This document shows positions 59,901 to 64,000 of a stretch of 64,000 nucleotides of DNA, one piece after another (position 1 is the stretch's first letter; every line of letters starts with the position of its first letter). The translations under genes and the position numbers were made by a program. The notes below the pieces were generated by a model, which saw nothing but the letters and a program-made list of their open reading frames with translations, made no database searches and was not told where the DNA came from. Location: IMG/VR virus record IMGVR_UViG_3300045988_103180. One strand, given 5' to 3'. This DNA comes from a virus.

Positions 59901-62480
59901 AAGCTCGGTAAATACTTTGACGTTGCTACTATGAGCGTTGATGAATATTATGATAATCTTATCAAGAAACAAGAGGATGCAGCAAATGCCGCAGGTACAT
60001 CTGACGCATATAAGAAATGGTCAGCAGGTCGCGTAGATGAACTAAAAGCTGCCAAACAGCGTGCGCTCAATGGTGACAAGAGTGTAGACTACTACGGCAC
60101 TGGTTATTTCGATATGTCTATGAAGAATTTAACCGATATTAACGCTCAGATGAAGCAGTTTGAAGAGACTGGTAAATCTGATATTTTCGGTGAGAATTCC
60201 GCAGACCTCTATGACGTAGCTAAGACAGTATATGAACAGGCCGCAGGACTTGCTCAGGACTACTGGTCATTGATTGAAAATCTCCATGATAACGTTATGG
60301 ATATGATTGATGATATTAGCGATAAGATGGATAGGCGTAAAGACCAGTACGAAGCTATTACTGATGAACTTGAGCATTGGCTAGACATCACTGAAATGCT
60401 TCATGGCGAAGAGTCTTACGATGATTTAAATACTATCCTTGGCGCACAGCAGAATAATTACAAAGCACAGCTGAATGAACTAATGCAGCAGCGCGATATT
60501 TGGAAAGATATGCTTGGCTCCATGAAAGAAGGTTCTGAAGAGTGGAATGAAGTATCTGACAAGATTAAAGATGCTACTTCCGATATTAACGACCTTATTC
60601 AGAATTCTTTAGAGAATCTACAGAAGCAGTATTCAAATACAGTTTCAAAGATTACAAAAGCATGGGGAACCAAGGCCGTTGGTACTGACCTTGACTGGAT
60701 GAATACACAGTGGGAGCTAATCAATCGCAATGCTGATTATTATCTCGATGATGTTAATAAATCCTATAATATCCAAAAGCTACAGAGCAAATATCTTAAC
60801 CTCTTAGATGGTTCAAACGACTTAGCTATCCAGCAAAAAATTTCAGCGCAAATGAAAGAGCAGCTTGAATATCTGCGCGATAAGACTAAGCTATCTGAGT
60901 ATGATGTAAACTATGCGAACGCACAGCTTGAAATCTTACAGAAGCAAATTGCGCTTGAAGAAGCTCAGCGTAATAAGTCTCAAATGAAACTTCGCAGGGA
61001 TACTCAGGGTAATTATTCATATGTCTATACAGCGAATGATGATAATGTACGTTCCGCACAATCTGACCTTCTAGATGCACAGAACAACGCATATAATATG
61101 TCTAAAGACCAGATGAAGCAGACTCAGGCAGATTCACTATCTGCGCTACAGGATGCTCAATCTACAGTCAATGACATTTGGAATAATGCTAATCTATCTC
61201 TTGAAGAGAAAACCAAGAGAACGCAAGCAATCATTGATTCGCTCAAGGAATATCTTGCGGGAACCAGCGAACAGCTAAGCATGTCCCAGAAGAACATTAT
61301 CAATGACTTCATCGGCATGTGCGATATGCTAACTGGTGAGAACAAAGATAACCTACAAGACGTATATGACCAGATTGTTAATGGCAGTACAGATGCTTTC
61401 GACCAGATTGATACACGTTGGTCTACTTCTTTGACCTCTTGGTTACAGAATATGGACCAGTTCAAGGCTGATACAGATAAGATGCTTGGCGATTTGACGC
61501 AAGCTGGCAAAGATTATGCGGATGGTACAAAGACTATCGCTGACTTAGCAAAGACTAATTTTGATGATATTTCCAATAGCATTAGCGGTACAACCGATAA
61601 GACAAAAGAACTTGCAGACAGTACAAAAGAATTTGTCAATATCCTTAAAGATGTATCTGGCGAGGTCAAAAAGACCGAATCTACGATGACTGATTATGCC
61701 AATCGTATTACAGATGCTAACAACAATATGCAGGCATTCAAGCAACTTGCTGATGAAACTGCAAACAAGCTGTCTAAGAAGGAACAAGAGAACGCCAATC
61801 TAAGCGAAGCTCTAAAGCAGGCTGAACAAAAGAATTATAACTATGAGCACTATGGCAACGCTAACGGTCCTTCATCTGGCAGCGGTGGCGGTGGAGCTGG
61901 CGCTAATGAAGATACTGCTTGGGGTATTGCCAAGGCAATTTGGACTTATGGCTGGGCTTCTGGCTGGGGCAATGACCCTGTACGTTCTAGCAAGCTGACT
62001 GGCGCATATGGTACTGCTTTTGCCCGCCACGTTCAGGATATTATCAACCAATATTCTAGGTCTGGTAAACTTGTTGATTACGGTTCTATGAAATATAGTT
62101 CTAAGAATCTAATTGGCTATGATACAGGTGGCTATACAGGTTCTTGGTCTGATAAGACCGCAGATGCCAAAAATGGTAAACTTGCCTTCCTACATCAGAA
62201 AGAACTTGTTCTTAATGCTACAGATACACAGAATATTCTTGCGGCAGTTGAATCCGTAAGGTCTTTTGCAGACAGCCTTAAATCTACAAGTCTTACGCAA
62301 TCACTTTCTACTGCTCTTGGAGCGGTAAGTGGCGCGAAAGCAAATAACGCATCCGAGACAATTGACCAAAATGTACATATCACAGCTGAATTCCCAGCTG
62401 CGAACAGTGCGGCAGAAATCGAATCTGCGCTTATGTCACTAAATGATAGGGCAGTTCAATACGCTTATAAGTTCAGATAA
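53937..62480 (+). CDS. tail tape measure protein (2847 aa)
   Basis: Giant coiled-coil-rich ORF with hydrophobic segment (..LTVAAVAIGGLTFAM..), two Gly-rich tracts; GTG start uncertain. Confidence 0.85.
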   Translation: MITISKYSNTIEYNLRTTLDRSGLTQLQTELNKVSVQLKEMQSQRLLDPSQVDSSISTINKFKSALNSSFNSKIGMLDMSKFVGQLQESKVSLNSLQNSFALTGNTGKAAFAGVLGQLGKIDTGIKSTSSMVDKIFNTMGNTVRWGIMSSAFNGVTDSIRQSVEYAKDLDDSLTQIMLVTDYSRDSMVQYAKQANEAAKALGSTTVAMTNASLVYSQQGFDLNKSQQLAEMSTKLANASQQDTSTTSDQITAYMNAYGLDDNIDKLNAALDSWANVANISAADVGELAEASQKAASAAATLGVSTDQLNAQIATIESVTREAPEQIGNGLKTLYARFSDLSMGKTLDDGVDLGKVTSTLDKIGVQVLDGDGKMRGVGNIMEDLMKVWDSIDSTQKAAVGQTLAGKFQLTRFEALMNRADLYKQYKAGSENANGTLDVMNEKYVDSLQGKLNKLQTTFEGIINSLGDSSDFYGFIDGLSTALDLMQKLVDSIGGGSAALTLLGATATKVFSTTMSRGIASMIQNHQVNKTRKVNAQTRQQKLQEMGYNHIEENESTKPIMDFVNTGIKYQPDMNEGQAKEYNSILDSLVTSVQKVTTEEDKMREAVEATNIAMRAALETSFDYLELTRDENGVLQIKPTDVYDIAIRNSQDKLGKLGTNELKQITGEQALKSGAYSANLTRNLSTIKAAKAEDATAGTKTRATAAMQTAFDRGKSLVKEFMGTDNIWDDRFNEYEEKIEDLRNPIQQLIVSLRELSKVINEDNYNFDAAIETLGKVQNAANGAAEAADVATKQQNATRKEDRVPLSNVGEAAQQNNKMQAAQEELKTAQGRGEGFNEGMDLQNDIQQIVQATSAIGQLGFAWQSFQNLGSIWANADLTDGEKLESTFLNLTMVLPNIISGITMLSDALKALDGSKAMSSLLDIFNGISSSITNMTSIQNTSHVFEYVNDELTYLDDGAQIASEGIEGLSAAFASGSSAGTGFGSVITSLLSSINPVTLALTVAAVAIGGLTFAMKKHAEEEQERIDTIRDNAEQARKDSESIKDLTSSFDDLYSQYQDGADNSDALSSAAKNINDVIDDQSLKVAAASGNWKEYANSLRKAQVAQLNQQNKDLWAERNEDASAANDSFNRIDFKEIKTKGTYKDITSGNAAATTGIGKMIKAYGKDFSDLYFNNSTGTVSVDKKLNDEEAYKELEAFLTTYNQHQEEFLSKLSANDKDRIEKFVASAKEQVNNESVQSVRTNDQTLGANYAEIYKDDKSFKYQEGQTIEQYTNTVKQALKEQGINASSTLLDAFVQGMMQGDSDSSKQLAAEQVKETSQNTFEDNIKNNWESSKLSFNTDQLAKNPQSMDMTEGLDFSKYSKEISSTIAQAAINQVNESSLSDEDKQKLLSSIDWSNSISDILATITEAVDTGDVETALKNNTGKKHSNGELAAGYEDNTDLTKHLEDEYDVSNDVIDTYKQQMEATTDLGKTKQELADEVKKTTDEFGSESKEAKQAQRNLDNYNDSADDTAAKTIQTQKGLDKLSESFEDNYKILKSGDKTTLSYVQALTETKDALADVLNTSSENISNDFVESHLNEINQLANGDLSALDSLREAAAQDYVVKISQEGNLTPENLEWLKNQITQISGMSIDVGSSLNDQGFIDGLNDMLDAGTMTVDQVNSLFGMMGYDPTITWKTERKPVFDLSKYSIKLPDPLGEINLPNIKIMGDVSVPQISGGSNTKGKNAPTKVGGGSGSYSGHGLSAPSGGGGSKGGGGGGGGGSGSGSSYTAKEKKEIDNEVDLYERVNTILEKVNSQYEQLNKERDRLTGKKLAENIAKETALLERQIAVQKEKQKIQDKEAADLRNELSSSFGVQFDSEGYIANYADVYNQLVNKVNELGAKYPTLTSDEQEKALDKEYDAAEKALDKFNTKYKRYDELFSGDMEETKSTIEDLKDSIEDLRIEVLKTQVEALDNLKDIQESLVDFDRAFNRGIKLTPYQEAADNVAKLGKYFDVATMSVDEYYDNLIKKQEDAANAAGTSDAYKKWSAGRVDELKAAKQRALNGDKSVDYYGTGYFDMSMKNLTDINAQMKQFEETGKSDIFGENSADLYDVAKTVYEQAAGLAQDYWSLIENLHDNVMDMIDDISDKMDRRKDQYEAITDELEHWLDITEMLHGEESYDDLNTILGAQQNNYKAQLNELMQQRDIWKDMLGSMKEGSEEWNEVSDKIKDATSDINDLIQNSLENLQKQYSNTVSKITKAWGTKAVGTDLDWMNTQWELINRNADYYLDDVNKSYNIQKLQSKYLNLLDGSNDLAIQQKISAQMKEQLEYLRDKTKLSEYDVNYANAQLEILQKQIALEEAQRNKSQMKLRRDTQGNYSYVYTANDDNVRSAQSDLLDAQNNAYNMSKDQMKQTQADSLSALQDAQSTVNDIWNNANLSLEEKTKRTQAIIDSLKEYLAGTSEQLSMSQKNIINDFIGMCDMLTGENKDNLQDVYDQIVNGSTDAFDQIDTRWSTSLTSWLQNMDQFKADTDKMLGDLTQAGKDYADGTKTIADLAKTNFDDISNSISGTTDKTKELADSTKEFVNILKDVSGEVKKTESTMTDYANRITDANNNMQAFKQLADETANKLSKKEQENANLSEALKQAEQKNYNYEHYGNANGPSSGSGGGGAGANEDTAWGIAKAIWTYGWASGWGNDPVRSSKLTGAYGTAFARHVQDIINQYSRSGKLVDYGSMKYSSKNLIGYDTGGYTGSWSDKTADAKNGKLAFLHQKELVLNATDTQNILAAVESVRSFADSLKSTSLTQSLSTALGAVSGAKANNASETIDQNVHITAEFPAANSAAEIESALMSLNDRAVQYAYKFR

Positions 62481-62544
62481 ACATGGGCAAAATTTTATAA
62501 TCGAATATTTGTGGTTTTGATATGTCTTAGAGCATAATTTTATA

Positions 62545-62576
62545 AACGGGAGAACTTTATGTTCTCCCGTTTTTTA
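62545..62576 (+). terminator. rho-independent terminator after tape measure
   Basis: AACGGGAGAAC-TTTAT-GTTCTCCCGTT + T-run. Confidence 0.8.
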
Positions 62577-62599
62577 TTTGGATTGAAAAGGAGTTGACA

Positions 62600-64000
62600 A
62601 TGGCGAATCTACAGGACGTTGTTCTTGAAGCTGTGGATACAATTGTATCCAATAGAATAGAACAGATAGCTACGGATAAAACAGTTACCGCCACTGTCGC
62701 TGGCTGTACTAATTCACTTACAGGAGAATACCTTGTTTCATATAATGGTGGCAAATTAAAAGCATATGCCCAAGAAGGAAACACATATACTCAAGGTCAA
62801 TCAGTGTATGTCCTTATCCCAGAAGGTGATTTCACCAAGAAAAAGAATATCGTAGGTGTTGCGCAGGCAGCAGAAGATGATAACAATATTAGCTTTGTAT
62901 CTTCGGCCATTAGTAATTATAATCTCATTGGCCGCAATTGCCTTAGTGATAAAAATAAAATCACGCCTGCTGGACTTCGTTCTTATAAAAAAGAAGATTA
63001 TAAAGTTCTATATAAGAAAGATGAAGATGTAAGTGGCTCTAAACCTAAGTTTCTATCTATTGACACCCAAGAGTTAGAGAATAATATTAAACAGGCCGAA
63101 GCGGTGCTAATTGAAGCATCTTTCCGCACATCTCTGCCGCGAGAGCACAAACTTACAAAGACTGGCGAGTATGGTATCACTTTTATCTTAGCTTTTAAAG
63201 ATGGAGATGCTACAGACGATAAAGGTCAGGCATTAGTTAAAAAGCTATCGTACACTATTGACAGTAACAGCATGACTGGTTCGCCGCTTCAATATCAAAG
63301 CTATTTTGACCAATATCAGATTTTTCCAGTAGACGTTGAGAATTTCTTATATATCGACCAGATTATTTTCTATTGTAAAGATTTCGTAGAAGCTACCGAC
63401 CCAATTCAATCACAGGATAGACCGATTGGCTGGGGCGATGATATTTTTATTAAAGATGTTGAATTTTATGGCCTTAGAAAAATCAGTGCGGCAAATGGTG
63501 ATTACCAAATGCACCTGTCTATGCCGAAAGGTTCAACTCTTAGAGACTTAACTGAAAACTCTTCTTTAAGCGTTGTCAGCACTCTTCGTCACAAGAATGA
63601 AGACCTTTCAGGCGATGCAATGTTTTACTGGTTCAAAGAAGATGGGCGAGTGACCGCAAGCTCTAAAGATTATAAGATGTACGGTGGAGCTGGTTGGTCT
63701 TATCTTGAAGCCAAAGGTAATAAATATAGCTTTGTTACTACTGGTGCAGAAAATCGTGCCTATGAAAATAAATATATGTGCGTTTGCGTTTATAAAGAAC
63801 AAATGGTTTTAAAGGACTATTTCACGCTATATAATGAAGCAGCAAAACGTGACATTGAAATTATTTCTTCTCTTGGAGTCAGTTTTAGTTTTGACCGTGG
63901 CGAACCTACTTTAACTTGTCTTTTGGATGGTAAATCTTCTGACTTTGAAGCTGGTAAAGCAAATGGGCATCCAGATAATTTCTTTAGATTTGTTTGGTCT
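62600..64000 (+). CDS. distal tail protein (partial, runs off window)
   Basis: Hand-translated MANLQDVVLEAVDTIV... open for 467 codons to the window end; AAAGGAG SD. Confidence 0.7.
   Translation, partial: MANLQDVVLEAVDTIVSNRIEQIATDKTVTATVAGCTNSLTGEYLVSYNGGKLKAYAQEGNTYTQGQSVYVLIPEGDFTKKKNIVGVAQAAEDDNNISFVSSAISNYNLIGRNCLSDKNKITPAGLRSYKKEDYKVLYKKDEDVSGSKPKFLSIDTQELENNIKQAEAVLIEASFRTSLPREHKLTKTGEYGITFILAFKDGDATDDKGQALVKKLSYTIDSNSMTGSPLQYQSYFDQYQIFPVDVENFLYIDQIIFYCKDFVEATDPIQSQDRPIGWGDDIFIKDVEFYGLRKISAANGDYQMHLSMPKGSTLRDLTENSSLSVVSTLRHKNEDLSGDAMFYWFKEDGRVTASSKDYKMYGGAGWSYLEAKGNKYSFVTTGAENRAYENKYMCVCVYKEQMVLKDYFTLYNEAAKRDIEIISSLGVSFSFDRGEPTLTCLLDGKSSDFEAGKANGHPDNFFRFVWS

Noticed and set aside
54086-62383. 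Numerous 60-117-aa antisense or alternative-frame ORFs inside the tape measure gene (and similar ones inside other long genes)
   Set aside because: They are typical shadow ORFs of a long coding region, with no start signals.

Overview
This window reads as part of a large, AT-rich tailed dsDNA phage genome. It uses sigma70-type promoters (TTGACA-17-TATAAT) and GGAGG-type ribosome-binding sites (SD). All calls come from reading the sequence by eye; no database search or structure prediction was run.

**1-25.7 kb: early region, + strand.** About 56 mostly small genes sit behind roughly 21 near-identical promoter+leader cassettes. The first ~9.3 kb forms an RNA-centred island. It holds 11 canonical tRNA genes and 3 atypical tRNA-like genes. 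It also holds two clear (and one possible) circularly permuted, loop-capped tRNA-like modules, a six-member family of structured RNA elements, and a ~750-nt GC-rich ORF-free structured region. Proteins here include an RlmN/Cfr-family radical-SAM enzyme, a second radical-SAM protein and a metallophosphoesterase. A T4-Pnk-like kinase and a RuvB-like ATPase follow. An iteron origin with a putative initiator lies at 23.3-24.5 kb.

**25.7-34.9 kb: distinct block.** It is visibly GC-richer and mostly minus-strand, with its own promoter/leader type and three palindromic operator-like motif families. Short ORF-less plus-strand promoter-terminator cassettes are interspersed. Proteins include a DEDDh exonuclease, an HNH homing endonuclease, a HAD phosphatase and a small AHH-motif nuclease-like protein.

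**35-64 kb: late module, + strand.** It begins with another ORF-free structured RNA region. It then encodes zinc-ribbon proteins, the large terminase, a nuclease-like insert, portal, scaffold, capsid, head-tail genes and a major tail protein with a possible 3' -1 frameshift extension. A 2847-aa tape measure and the start of a distal tail protein close the window.

The most unusual content is the set of tRNA-mimic and other non-coding RNA elements combined with RNA-modifying and RNA end-processing enzymes.
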